NCBI GenBank assembly: GCA_965261735.1
Contig: OZ253470.1
Location: forward strand, 4,256,001 to 4,320,000
Source of the DNA: Alphaproteobacteria bacterium
Lineage (GTDB): Bacteria; Pseudomonadota; Alphaproteobacteria; SHVV01
DNA: 64,000 nucleotides
Direction: 5' to 3'
Under the pieces are notes generated by a model. That model ran no database searches, was not told where the DNA came from, and saw nothing but the letters and a program-made list of their open reading frames with translations. This document shows, piece by piece, positions 21,891 through 31,903 of the stretch. Every line of letters starts with the position of its first letter. Within the stretch, counting starts at the first letter, position 1. Position numbers and translations under genes: made by a program.

Positions 21891-22270
21891 CCGCAACACC
21901 AAGCTCCACGCTGTCTGCGATGCGAAAGGCAGGCCCCTCGTCCTGCTCCTGACACCAGGAAACGTCCATGATTGCAAGGTCGCCCAGCGCTATATCGAAG
22001 CCATGCCGCCCGCCGCCGAACTCGTCGCCGACAAGGGCTATGACAGCAAAGCCCTGCGCGACTGGCTGGCAGAACGCGGAACCACGGCCGTCATCCCACC
22101 GCGCAAGAACCGCTAAGGTCCAATACCATTATGACAAGACCGTCTACAGGCAGCGCAACATCATCGAGCGCATGTTTTGCCGCCTCAAGGACTGGCGCCG
22201 TATAGCCACCCGCTTCGACCGCAACATCAAAAACTTCATCGCCGCAATCGCCCTTGCCGCCGCCGTCGTC
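21891..22270 (+). mobile_element. IS5-family (IS427 group) transposase C-terminal fragment
   Basis: TKLHAVCD, ADKGYDS, YRQRNIIERMFCRLKDWRRIATRFD; frameshifted near 22113. Confidence 0.8.
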
Positions 22271-22344
22271 AGAAGGACGCTGACCGCCCCAAGTCTTGAG
22301 ACGAACCGTGCGCAAAGGGCGGCGTGTGGCGCAAAGGAGGCATC

Positions 22345-22867
22345 ATGCTCCGCTCGGACGGCTATTCGCCGCTAGTCTATTGTTCTTCACTGGCTTGCGA
22401 CAATCTTCGTGGTTGCGTTGTTCCTTACCCACGATGGGGAGCGCGGTAGCTCGGCGTATGTCTTTCATGTGAGCGGCGGCGCCATCGTCGGCGCGCTTCT
22501 TCTGTGGCGCGTTTGGCATCGCGTCAGACGCGGCATGATCGATTTGCCGGATCAGGCTTTCCTGCTCAACACCGCCGCGCGAGGGGTGCAGTGGGGGTTT
22601 CTGGCGGCTATCGTTGTCGCAGTGATAACCGGGTACCTGTTGCCCTGGTCGCAGGGGATTCCCCTGGACGTATTTGGTGTGGCCATTCCCTCACCGATTG
22701 CGTCAAGCCGGGGATTCCACGAGCTCATGGAAGAGGTGCATGATGTCTCCGGGCATTTGTTCATACCTCTGCTTGCCCTGCACATTCTGGGAGCGGCCAA
22801 GCACGCGATCGTCGATAAGAGCGGCATAGCCCGTCGCATGTTCAAACCCACAAGCGGCGGTCGTTGA
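22345..22867 (+). pseudogene. Cytochrome b561-like protein, frameshift near 22372
   Basis: AGGAGG-ATG MLRSDGYSP, then shifted frame IVLHWL...FHVSGG...EVH...LHILGAAKH with heme His ligands. Confidence 0.75.
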
Positions 22868-22954
22868 TCATCGATGCTGCCGACTCCGCATTTGGTAACG
22901 GACTGACCGGCTTCGGGGTCCGAGTCTACCTGGCAGCTCGCAGCGGCCAGTTCG

Positions 22955-23547
22955 TTAACATCCAGCACAACTCTCCGAGGCAGCGACGGTGTCCGTCACA
23001 GAGCCGGTCTTGAGGCCGGCGAGTGTGACAATTTCGCCGCCCCGGCACGGTCGACCACGACTCGCTCCAGCTGGCGCGCACGCAGAACCCTTGTGAGGTG
23101 AGTGGGGCCGCCTGTTTCGACCGCGCTTCGGTTTCATTGCGGGAGGGAGCTTCGCCCAGTCCAGTGGCTCACCAACCTCGGCCATGTCGAGATCGACGAT
23201 GTAGATGCTTCCGGCCTCACCGCATTCAGCCAGAGGCTGCACGACCTCGGAGCCCGCCCGCCTCGCCAAAAGCTCATCGCCTTGTGGAGAGAACGCGAAG
23301 GGGTGGGTTCTGCGCCCGTTCGCGTCGCAATGGAGCGTATAGAGAGCGAAGAAGCGGTTCTCCACCGCTCGCAGCCGAAGAACGGACGACCATTTGATAT
23401 CGGTCACATTGTCAAAGCTTGGGTTGACCCAAAGCTGTGCGCCGCACTTGGCAAGAAAGCACGGAAGCAACCCCAAATAGTGATCGTGGCAGATCGTTGC
23501 CCCGGCGCTCACGCCGGCCAGGTCAAAGGTGGGAAGCATGTCGAGCG
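22955..23547 (-). pseudogene. Carbon-nitrogen hydrolase (nitrilase-like) C-terminal fragment
   Basis: GATICHD catalytic Cys motif, LRLRAVEN; 5' part cut at an IS110 end. Confidence 0.6.
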
Positions 23548-23945
23548 TGTGTGGACGCCCCCGTTGATGCAAGCAGTTTTTGGTCGGCTCGGTGCATGCG
23601 GTCAGGTGCTGTCGTGTGTCCGGCCTCTCTATGCGGCAGATGACACGCCGCGGGCCCGTATGGAGATACGCGGATTGGGTCCAAATCGGTTACGCGAGCT
23701 TGAAAGCTCTCCGTTCGGATGCTGGTTTTCCCAACCCGGTCTCGTTGACCTTTGCCCTTACCTGTCCTCCGTCCTGCCCACATCCCCGACGGCTTCCCGC
23801 ACTTCGCCGTTCTCTCAGGCGGTGGCGGGAGCCCGGTAGCTCTCCTTCTTCGTCAGTAGCACCCAGACGATGCGCGCCATCCTGTTGGCCAGCGCCACCG
23901 CGACGAGCATCCTCGGCTTGCGCGCCAGCATCCCGGCCAGCCAGG
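23548..23945 (-). mobile_element. IS110-family (IS1111 group) 3' fragment with non-coding end
   Basis: C-terminus LARKPRMLVAVALANRMARIVW*; subterminal IR GTGGACGCCCCC at 23551 resembles that at 27138. Confidence 0.8.
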
Positions 23946-24374
23946 TGTTAACGGCGGAGGAATAATGCTCCACGCGAGGCGGCCGGGCGGTTTGGTCGCG
24001 GCGGCGCAAAATTGTGCCACTCATGGTCCCTTGTCGGTTGCGACGAGGGGCAGGAGATGTACGGCGTGGAGCTCTATGCGGCGGTTCGACTGGCGGTTGT
24101 CGACGAGGGTCTGAATCATCACGAGGCGGGCCGGCGGTTCGGCATTGACCGTCGCACGGTGAAGAAGATGCTGACCTACTCGGCGCCACCGGGCTACCGC
24201 CGGACGAAGCCGGTCCGGCGGCCCAAGCTGGACGGGTTCACCGGCATCGTCGACGCGATCCTGGAGGCGGACACGGATCCGGACGTGCCGCGCAAGCAGC
24301 GCCACACGGCGCACCGGATATTCGAGCGGCTACGGGACGAGCACGGGTTCACCGGCGGCTATACCATCGTGAAG
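23946..24374 (+). mobile_element. istA: IS21-family left end and istA fragment
   Basis: TGTTAACGGCGG end; MYGVELYAAVR...RKQRHTAHRIFERL; truncated by an IS5 element. Confidence 0.85.
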
Positions 24375-25463
24375 GGCTTTGGTGCATGGACCTAAGGATT
24401 AGTATATCTGGCTCCGCTTCCGTCTTTGAGAGTTTGTCATGCCTTTCAAGTTCCACGCATCGCGTCGCCACCATATCCCCAGAGCCAAGTACCGGGTCAT
24501 GAACTGGCCGGATTATGACCGTGGTTTGGTTCGGCGCGGCGACATTCGTTTCTGGATTGATGAGAGCGCCCTGGAGCAATGGGACGCAGCCAAGCGGCGA
24601 ACTCCTGGTGGCCAGCGGCGGTTTTCAGAGTTGGCGATTTCCACGACACTGATGCTGGGGGTGGTCTTCAGATTGCCGCTGCGCCAGACGGAAGGCTTTG
24701 TGCGTTCCCTCGTGGACTTGATGGGGTGCGATTTGCAGGTAGCGGATCACACCACACTGTCGCGGCGGCGGCGAACGGTGGATGTCGTTGTGGAAACCAG
24801 CACGAACAAGCGGTCTACGGATATCGTGCTGGATTCCACGGGCCTGAAATTCTTTGGCGCTGGCGAGTGGGCTCGCGCCAAGCACGGTGAAACGCGGCGC
24901 TCGTGGCGCAAGCTGCATATCTCGGTTGACCCGGCCAGCAGCGAGATCCGGACGCATGAACTGACCGGTGACGACACGGCCGATGCGACGATGGCGGGAC
25001 CGCTGGTCGCCGGTTCCGGTGGGATGATCCGGCGCGTGTTTGCCGACGGCGCCTATGACGGGGAGCCCGTGACAAAAGCGATCCGAGAAGCTCGGCCACC
25101 GAATTCACCACCTGAAATCATCATCCCGCCACGCGCCACATCCATTCCTCCCCCGGACACGCCTCATGGCGGATCGGAACGGGAGCACCATGCGGCGGAG
25201 ATCGCGTCGAAGGGAAGGATGAACTGGCAGAAACGACAGGGCTACGGATTGAGAGCGCTTGGCGAAACAGCCATGGCTCGCGTCAAGAGGCTCAACGGCG
25301 GCAAGCTCAACGCTCGCACATTCCAATCCCAACAAACCGAAATCGCCATGCAGATCGACGCACTCAATCGCTCTATCCGTGCGGCGAAACCAAACACAAT
25401 CAGGATCCGCTAACCAACCGGGGAATGGGCGATCACACCATCGCAGCTCCATGCACCAAAGCC
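24375..25463 (+). mobile_element. IS5-family (IS903 group) element, copy 1; transposase 24439..25413
   Basis: IRs GGCTTTGGTGCATGGA/TCCATGCACCAAAGCC; NWPDYDRGLVRRG, DSTGLK, RSWRKLH, ADGAYD. Confidence 0.95.
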
Positions 25464-25508
25464 GATTGGCGCGTCTTTACAACTCGTATGGACCAAGACT
25501 GACCGGCT

Positions 25509-26708
25509 TCACTCCTTGCGCGGCAGAAACAACATCGGCACGAAATAGGCGGTAAACAGCGTGAAGGCGACAAACCAACTGCCGGCGGTTGCCCAGAGCA
25601 GACTTAGAGCGGGCACGACCTCGAAGGCTGCGCGTGTGCAGACCGCCAGCGTAGCGAAACCGTATATCGCGACAACCCATGGTCCAGCGTGGAGGTCGCG
25701 CCCGGTATGGCCGAGAACCGCGCGGGTCATGACGGCCAGGGTCATCGTCCCGATCGCGCCGAGTGTAAGTACATGCAGCGCCAACGGCTCCATCACCCAG
25801 TCTACGAGCATCGAGGCCCCGAGAAGGCCGAGGCCCAATGCAAGCCAGAAGTAGCCGGCATGCAACACAGTCACAAGCGGCTCGGCTGCCGTCCTCCAGC
25901 CCCGCCATCGTGCCAGCCGGACGAGGTTCAATGCCCCTGCTAACGTTAGGAGAATGCCGGAAAGCGGGATAGGCGCCGATCCCACCCAGGCCGCGAGCGC
26001 AACCGCTGTCACGGCGAGCGTCGTTTGGTCGAACCGGCCCATCGGCGCTGTGATATTCGGGCCCGCTCGCCGCTCGAACCAGTTGTGCGTGAAGCTCGGA
26101 ACGATGCGCCCGCCGATCAACGTTATTAACAGCGACATGACGGCGATGGAGAGCCGAACACCCGCCTCTCCCACATGAGCCACGCCCGCCGCGGAGAGAT
26201 GGAACAGCACGTTGGCGGTCAACATCAGTATAAGCCCGGCGAGGACCGGCAGATTGCGCCAGTTGCGGCCCGCAACGATCGCGTTACCGACAAGAACCGA
26301 GAGAACTCCCAGATAGGCAAGATCGGCGACCGCCGTTGGCATTGGTCCGACTGCGCCTCCCCACCAGACGGCACCCCGGCCGCAAAGCCAGATCAAGGCG
26401 AGTGCGCCGAGCGGCCAGCCCCTTACTGGAGGGCGCCCGGTCCAGTTCGGCACCGCGGTCAACACGAAGCCACCGAGCGCCGCCCCGACATACCCGAACA
26501 TCATCTCATGGACGTGCCACATCGTCGCATCGCCCAGCCCGGGATATGAGATCGCCCCCGACCAGATCCCGATCCATAGGGGCACAGACAGCGCAGCCCA
26601 CAGCCCGGCCAGGAAGAAAAGCGGGCGAAAACCCTCTCGAAGAAACTCCGGCCCGGAATAGTGGCGTTGCGGTTCTAGCCGTGTCTGGTTCGTTATTTCT
26701 GCCCCCAT
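25509..26708 (-). CDS. nnrS: NnrS family membrane protein
   Basis: GFRPLFF, WHVHEMMFGY, LTAVPNWTG, IGGRIVPSFT, MTRAVLGHTGR. Confidence 0.93.
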   Translation of the reverse strand: MGAEITNQTRLEPQRHYSGPEFLREGFRPLFFLAGLWAALSVPLWIGIWSGAISYPGLGDATMWHVHEMMFGYVGAALGGFVLTAVPNWTGRPPVRGWPLGALALIWLCGRGAVWWGGAVGPMPTAVADLAYLGVLSVLVGNAIVAGRNWRNLPVLAGLILMLTANVLFHLSAAGVAHVGEAGVRLSIAVMSLLITLIGGRIVPSFTHNWFERRAGPNITAPMGRFDQTTLAVTAVALAAWVGSAPIPLSGILLTLAGALNLVRLARWRGWRTAAEPLVTVLHAGYFWLALGLGLLGASMLVDWVMEPLALHVLTLGAIGTMTLAVMTRAVLGHTGRDLHAGPWVVAIYGFATLAVCTRAAFEVVPALSLLWATAGSWFVAFTLFTAYFVPMLFLPRKE

Positions 26709-26710
26709 GA

Positions 26711-26961
26711 GGGTGTGGGTCTGGTATGGAAAATCTAAGTCATTGATTTAGTGCGTTTTTGTGTCGAGACGAACGGCCGAAAACGGCTATTCGTGACAAT
26801 GGGCCGCTCCAAGGCAGGATTTTGTCACGACGGCAGGGTGGAGCAGGGGAGGTGGGAACGCTCCGCACCGCCAGAGGCGGTACGATGCCGTGTCTCGAAA
26901 CCCAACATCGGGAGCATTGCCATGGCAGTATCCCCGCCTCCGGCGCCTTCGTCCATCGATC
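26711..26961 (+). mobile_element. Left end of the ISKra4-like element (same as 57455..60313)
   Basis: GGGTGTGGGTCTGGTATGG end and MAVSPPPAPSSID start are near-identical to the reverse complement of 58686-58899 plus 60273-60313. Confidence 0.8.
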
Positions 26962-27025
26962 CTTGCCTATCCGGTTTACACCCACACCCACTAGGGCTAG
27001 AATGGGCGCAAACCGGATATAGGGG
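26962..27025 (+). mobile_element. IS1595 type A left-end remnant (~64 bp)
   Basis: CTTGCCTATCCGGTTTAC...AAACCGGATATAGGGG. Confidence 0.85.
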
Positions 27026-27120
27026 ATGAAATAGGTCTGCCCAAAGCTGGACGAGAACATCATCAGCATCCCGAAGCTCAGAAAGCCGCGGTTGCGTAGA
27101 ATGAAATGGAAATAGGTCAC
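27026..27120 (-). pseudogene. MFS transporter N-terminal fragment
   Basis: FILRNRGFLSFGMLMMFSSSFGQTYFI resembles MFS helix 1. Confidence 0.6.
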
Positions 27121-27149
27121 AGGAAGGCGTTGTCATGTATGGACGCCCC

Positions 27150-27387
27150 CGGTGTTGCAAGGGGAAAACTGATTTGAATCGGCGGTAGAGCTTGCAGTCA
27201 TGTATCCGGCCTTTTCGCTGCGGTACGCTGACCGCTGGCCCTGATGGAATCCGAAAGATCGACGCCCAGTCAGACTAACGAGCTTGATGCTCGGACAATG
27301 CCTCGGGTTTGGCCGATCTCGGGTGGAACCCTGTTTCGCCATCAAATCGTCGTCACCCTCGCAATTTGATCCCGGTTTGCCAGCTGG
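27150..27387 (-). ncRNA. Predicted bridge RNA/seekRNA of the IS110 element
   Basis: Non-coding region 3' of the transposase with four segments matching target-left, target-right, donor-left and donor-right in order; exact RNA ends unknown. Confidence 0.75.
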
Positions 27388-28425
27388 CTATGCCGGCGTC
27401 GGTCGGTAGATACGCTCGTACCTGAGCAGTGCCCAGGCGACACGGGCTGCCTTATTGGCCATGGCGACCAGCACCACGTTTGTCGGCCGCCGCGCCAGGA
27501 GCCGGTCGGTCCAGCCAGGCCCCGTGCCCGGCTTGGCGCGGCGCCAGCGCAGCACGCTTCGCGCACCATGCACGAGCAAGCGCCTGATATAGCCATCCCC
27601 GCGCTTCGAGATCCGCCCCAGCCTGTCCTTGCCGCCACTCGAGTGTTGTCGGGGCACGAGACCGAGCCAGGCCGAGAGCTGCCGGCCCGAGCGAAACTGC
27701 GCGCCATCTCCGATCGTCGCGACCAGCGCCGTCGCGGTGATGACACCGACGCCGGGGATCGTCGCAAGCCGGCGGCTCGCCTCGTTGGAGCGGTGCCATG
27801 CCATAAGTGTCGCCTCCAGCTGCTTGATCCGGGCCTGAGCAGAGCGGAGCTGCTCAACCAGAGAGCCAAGCGCCTCGCGTGCCAGAGGCGGCAGTCGCAC
27901 ATCGCCGGGATCTTCGATAATGGCAACCAGTTCCTCCACCTTCGACGCCCCCTGAGCGACGATCAGTCCGAACTCCGCACAGTGGCCGCGCAGCGCATTG
28001 ATCACCATCGTGCGTTGACGGACCAACAGCTCTCGGGCCCGGTGCAGCATCAGAACCGACTGCTGCTCGGCGCTTTTCGCCGGTGCAAAGCGCATCGTCG
28101 GACGCGTCACTGCCTCACAGATCGCTTCCGCATCCGCTGCGTCGTTCTTATTCGTTTTGACGAAGGGACGAACGTATTGAGGCGGAATCAGCTGAACTTT
28201 GTGCCCGTGTGCTTGCAGTTCCCGAGCCCAATAGTGCGCAGAGGCACAGGCTTCCATACCGACAAGACAGGATGGCAATCCGGCGAAGAACGCCAGCACC
28301 TTCTGTTGGTAGCGACCGTAAATTTCCCATTTGTAACGACCCAAAATTTCTCACTTTGGGCTTGTCGCTGAAGGCGTCCCGGGCCGCTCTGTTGGCTTTG
28401 CCAACAGAGCGGGATCGGTGCGCGG

Positions 28426-29448
28426 ATGTACAAATGGGAGACCAGGATGTTGTTGAAGCACTATCTGGACCGGGGTGTCTCGAAGGCGGAGCTGTCGAGG
28501 CGGTTCGGGGTGAACCGTCGGACGATCCACAATTGGGTCGATACCGGCCAACTGGACCGGGATCTGGCGGCCGGTGCGCGAGGGTATTCGCCCCGTCCGC
28601 CGGTGGCCCACAAGCTGGACCCCTACAAGGCGATCATCGACGCCCGTCTTGAGGCGTTCCCGAAGCTGTCGGCGAAGCGGCTTTTCGATGAGGTCCGCGC
28701 TGCGGACTACCCGGGCTGCTACTCTCGCGTGAACGACTACGTGCGGGCGACGCGACCGCGCGAACCGGTTGAATCGCTGGTCCGGTTCGAGACGCCGGCG
28801 GGGCGTCAGGGCCAGGTGGACTTCGGTACGTTCACGCTGCCCTGGGGCCGGCGCCATGCCCTGGTGATCGTCCTCGGCTTCACCCGGCTGCTGTGGCTGC
28901 ACTTCTATACTCGGCAGACCATGCCGGTCCTGATGGAAGGTCTGGAGAGCGCCTTCGACCGGTTCGGCGGGGTTCCGGAGGAGCTGCTGTTCGACCAGAT
29001 GCGCGCCGTGGTGCTGTCCGACGACCGCGGGGCCGGCGGCGGCCTGGTGCTGAACGAGGAGTTTCTGCGGTTCGCCGCGCACTGGGGGTTCATGCCGCGC
29101 TCGTGCCGACCCTATCGGGCCCAGACCAAGGGCAAAGTGGAGCGCCCGATCCGCTACATCCGCGAGAGCTTCTTCTACGGCCGCTCGTTTGCGAATGACA
29201 ACGATCTCAACGAGCAGGCCGTGCGCTGGCTGGAGGGCACAGCCAACGTCCGCCGGCATGCCACGACCGGGGAGCGTCCTGTCGACCGCTTCGAGCGCGA
29301 CGAGCGAGCGGTGCTTCTCCCCTTGGCGAACCATCCCTATCGACGTCTCGGCGTCCGGCATGCTCCGGAGCCCGCGCCGCGGCGACTGCCGGCAACCGTG
29401 AAGGTCGAGCAGCGACCGCTTAGTGTCTATGCGGAGGCGCTGCAATGA
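28426..29448 (+). CDS. istA: IS21 transposase IstA
   Basis: N-terminal HTH, RFETPAGRQGQVDF, FDQM, QTKGKVER. Confidence 0.95.
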   Translation: MYKWETRMLLKHYLDRGVSKAELSRRFGVNRRTIHNWVDTGQLDRDLAAGARGYSPRPPVAHKLDPYKAIIDARLEAFPKLSAKRLFDEVRAADYPGCYSRVNDYVRATRPREPVESLVRFETPAGRQGQVDFGTFTLPWGRRHALVIVLGFTRLLWLHFYTRQTMPVLMEGLESAFDRFGGVPEELLFDQMRAVVLSDDRGAGGGLVLNEEFLRFAAHWGFMPRSCRPYRAQTKGKVERPIRYIRESFFYGRSFANDNDLNEQAVRWLEGTANVRRHATTGERPVDRFERDERAVLLPLANHPYRRLGVRHAPEPAPRRLPATVKVEQRPLSVYAEALQ

Positions 29449-30242
29449 ACGCTCCGGCGCCGGCCCGGCGCGACCGGCTGCGGGCAATGCTGGCGGACCT
29501 CAAGATGCCGGGCGCGCTGGAGGCCGTCGACGGCATCCTCTCGGACGCCGACGGCGGCACGATCTCGGCGGCCGAGGCCATCGAGCAGTTGCTGAACGCC
29601 CAGATCGTGCTGCGCAACAACCGCCGTCTCCAGACCGCCATGCGCTCTTCGCGGCTGCCGGCTGTGAAGACGCTCGATCAGTTCGACTTCGCCTTCCAGC
29701 CCAGCATCAAGCGCGAGCAGATCGAGAGCTTGCACGAGCTCGGCTTCCTGGACCGCGGCGAGAACGTGATCCTGCTCGGCCCACCAGGCGTCGGGAAAAC
29801 GCACTTGGCGATCAGCCTCGCGATCGCGGCGGCCGAGGCCGGCCGGCGCGTCTACTACGGCACGCTCGCGGCGCTGATCGAGTCCCTCACCGAGGCCAAG
29901 GCCGCCGGCAATCTGACCCGGCGGCTGCGCGTGCTCACCCATCCGGCCCTGCTGGTGGTCGACGAGATCGGCTACCTGCCGGTCAACCAGGACGGCGCCG
30001 TGCTCTTCTTCCAGCTCATCAACGCCCGGCACGAGAGGGCGTCGACTGTGCTGACGTCGAACAAGGGTTTCGAGGACTGGGGTGGCGTGCTCGGCGACGA
30101 GGTCATGGCGGCGGCTCTCATCGACCGCCTTGTGCACCACTGCCACATCGTCAACATCCGGGGCAACAGCTACCGGATGAAGGAGCATCAGAACCTGCTG
30201 CAGTCCGGCTCGGATCGACGCAGGAAAAGAGCCGCCGCGTGA
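29445..30242 (+). CDS. istB: IS21 helper ATPase IstB
   Basis: Walker A GPPGVGKT, Walker B LLVVDE, LTSN, DRLVHH. Confidence 0.95.
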   Translation: MNAPAPARRDRLRAMLADLKMPGALEAVDGILSDADGGTISAAEAIEQLLNAQIVLRNNRRLQTAMRSSRLPAVKTLDQFDFAFQPSIKREQIESLHELGFLDRGENVILLGPPGVGKTHLAISLAIAAAEAGRRVYYGTLAALIESLTEAKAAGNLTRRLRVLTHPALLVVDEIGYLPVNQDGAVLFFQLINARHERASTVLTSNKGFEDWGGVLGDEVMAAALIDRLVHHCHIVNIRGNSYRMKEHQNLLQSGSDRRRKRAAA

Positions 30243-30798
30243 TCGCCGGCTCAAACGGAGACAGGAGCGGTGACACCCGCCCGCTGTGGATAACCGGGTT
30301 GTCGCCGCCAGACTCTTGGCGGTCGCTGCGCCAACCCGGTTACCTACAGCTCGACCAAGTCCGACACCCCAAACACCGCGTCTGGGGGTACGACCGAACG
30401 CTCAAAGTGAGAAATATTTCGATCGACAAAAGTGGGAAATTTTCAGTCGCAATTGACACCTTCCCGCGGCGCAGCTTCCGCCGTAGTACCGGTCGTCCCT
30501 CACCATCAGCACCGTGAACCTGGAACACCGTCTTTGCCAGATCAAACCCAATTGTCGTAATATCCATCGTGGACGCTCCCTCTGTCTGGGTTGTTCAACA
30601 CACTCCAGTATGGCTCATCGTGAAGCCGTAGGGGGCTTCCATACCATCAGACGAACTGGATAGGATCTGAAGAACCTGCAAACCAGGCCTCTCAGGCTGC
30701 AAGTTGACGCCACTCGGCCAAGGCGGCGGCTCGGGTTTGTTTGAAAATATCGCGGCGGTTGAGATGGCGTTCGTGGCTGAAGTGGTTATGGATTGAGG

Positions 30799-31903
30799 CT
30801 TGCCTATCCGGTTTACACCCACACCCACTAGGGCTAGAATGGGCGCAACCCGGATATAGGGGAGCGCGCCATGGATGTTCTCGACCGCGCCGATCTCCCA
30901 TTCCCGCATTCGCTACCCGAGTTCCAGCGACTTTTCCCCGATGATGCGGCCTGCGCCGCCTACCTGGAGAAAGCCCGCTGGGGAGACGGCTTTGCCTGCC
31001 CGCACTGCGGCACGGCGGGAGAGCCGTTCCACTTTGAAAACCGCCCTGGCGTCCTGCGCTGCCGCAAGTGCCGCCAGAACACCGGGCTGACGGTGGGAAC
31101 AGTGATGGAGCGTAGCCACACTCCGCTGAACGTCTGGTTCTGGGCCGCTTATCTGGTCGCCAGTCAGACGCCCGGCATGTCCGCCGTGCAGTTTCAGCGG
31201 CAACTTGGTCTTTCGCGCTACGAGACGGCCTTTCAAATTCTCCACAAGCTCCGCTCGGGCATGGTGCGGCCCAACCAAGACAGGATCGGTGGACAGCCCA
31301 AGAACCATGTTGAGATGGACGAAACCTGGGTTGGCGGGCGAACGCGTGGGGAAGGCCGTGGTGTTCACCACAAGGTTCCCGTCTCCTGTGCCATCGAGGT
31401 GCGTCATCGAAAGCCGGGCACCAAGCTCGACAACCGGAAAGACGGACGCTATGCCGGACGCGTTCGGCTCGCCGTCGTGCTCGACCGTAGCGCCGAGTCG
31501 CTCTGTGGGTTCGTCGAGAGCACCGTCGCGCCGCGATCGCTGATCGTTACTGACGATTGGAGCGGCTATGCTGGCCTCGGGAAGCGCGGCTATGAGCACT
31601 TCGCTGTTGCCGAGTGTGGTGATCCAGAGGTTGCCGAGCAATACCTGCCGATCATCCATCTGGTTTTCGCCAACCTGAAGACGTGGCTGATCGGTATCCA
31701 CCACGGCGTTAGCCACCAGCACCTACAAGCCTACCTCAACGAGTTCACCTTCCGCTTCAACAGGCGGTTCTACCCGTTCAACGCCTTCCGCTCATTGCTC
31801 GGCATCGCGGGCGACACCTCTGCTCCAACCTATGCCGAGCTTTACTCGGGAGAGTGGCGGCACCCTACATGTAGCGGTCATGGGCGTTAACCGGATAGGC
31901 AAG
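30799..31903 (+). mobile_element. IS1595-family type A, intact; transposase 30871..31890
   Basis: IRs CTTGCCTATCCGGTT / AACCGGATAGGCAAG; CPHC..CRKC, VEMDET, VTDD, YLNEFTFRFNRR. Confidence 0.95.

Larger units (their letters stand above)
28304..30458 (+). mobile_element. IS21-family element, complete
   Basis: TG...CA ends (TGTTGGTAGCGAC / GTCGCAATTGACA) with reiterated subterminal motifs; 5-bp TSD CCTTC. Confidence 0.95.
27388..30567 (-). pseudogene. IS110 DEDD recombinase, split by IS21 (parts 30459..30567 and 27388..28303)
   Basis: IGFDLAK, GMEAC, KNDAADA, catalytic Ser motif HSSGG, KRGDGYIRRLL. Confidence 0.9.
27136..30649 (-). mobile_element. IS110-family (IS1111 group) element, interrupted by IS21
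   Basis: Subterminal IRs TATGGACGCCCCC (27138) and GGGGGCTTCCATA (30631-30643); TCA core on both sides; no classical TSD. Confidence 0.9.
27126..30798 (-). mobile_element. IS6-family 3' remnant whose terminal IR is split by the IS110 element
   Basis: C-terminus SIHNHFSHERHLNRRDIFKQTRAAALAEWRQLAA* at 30692-30798; removing the IS110 rejoins GGCGTTG-TCA-GACGAACTGG. Confidence 0.7.
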
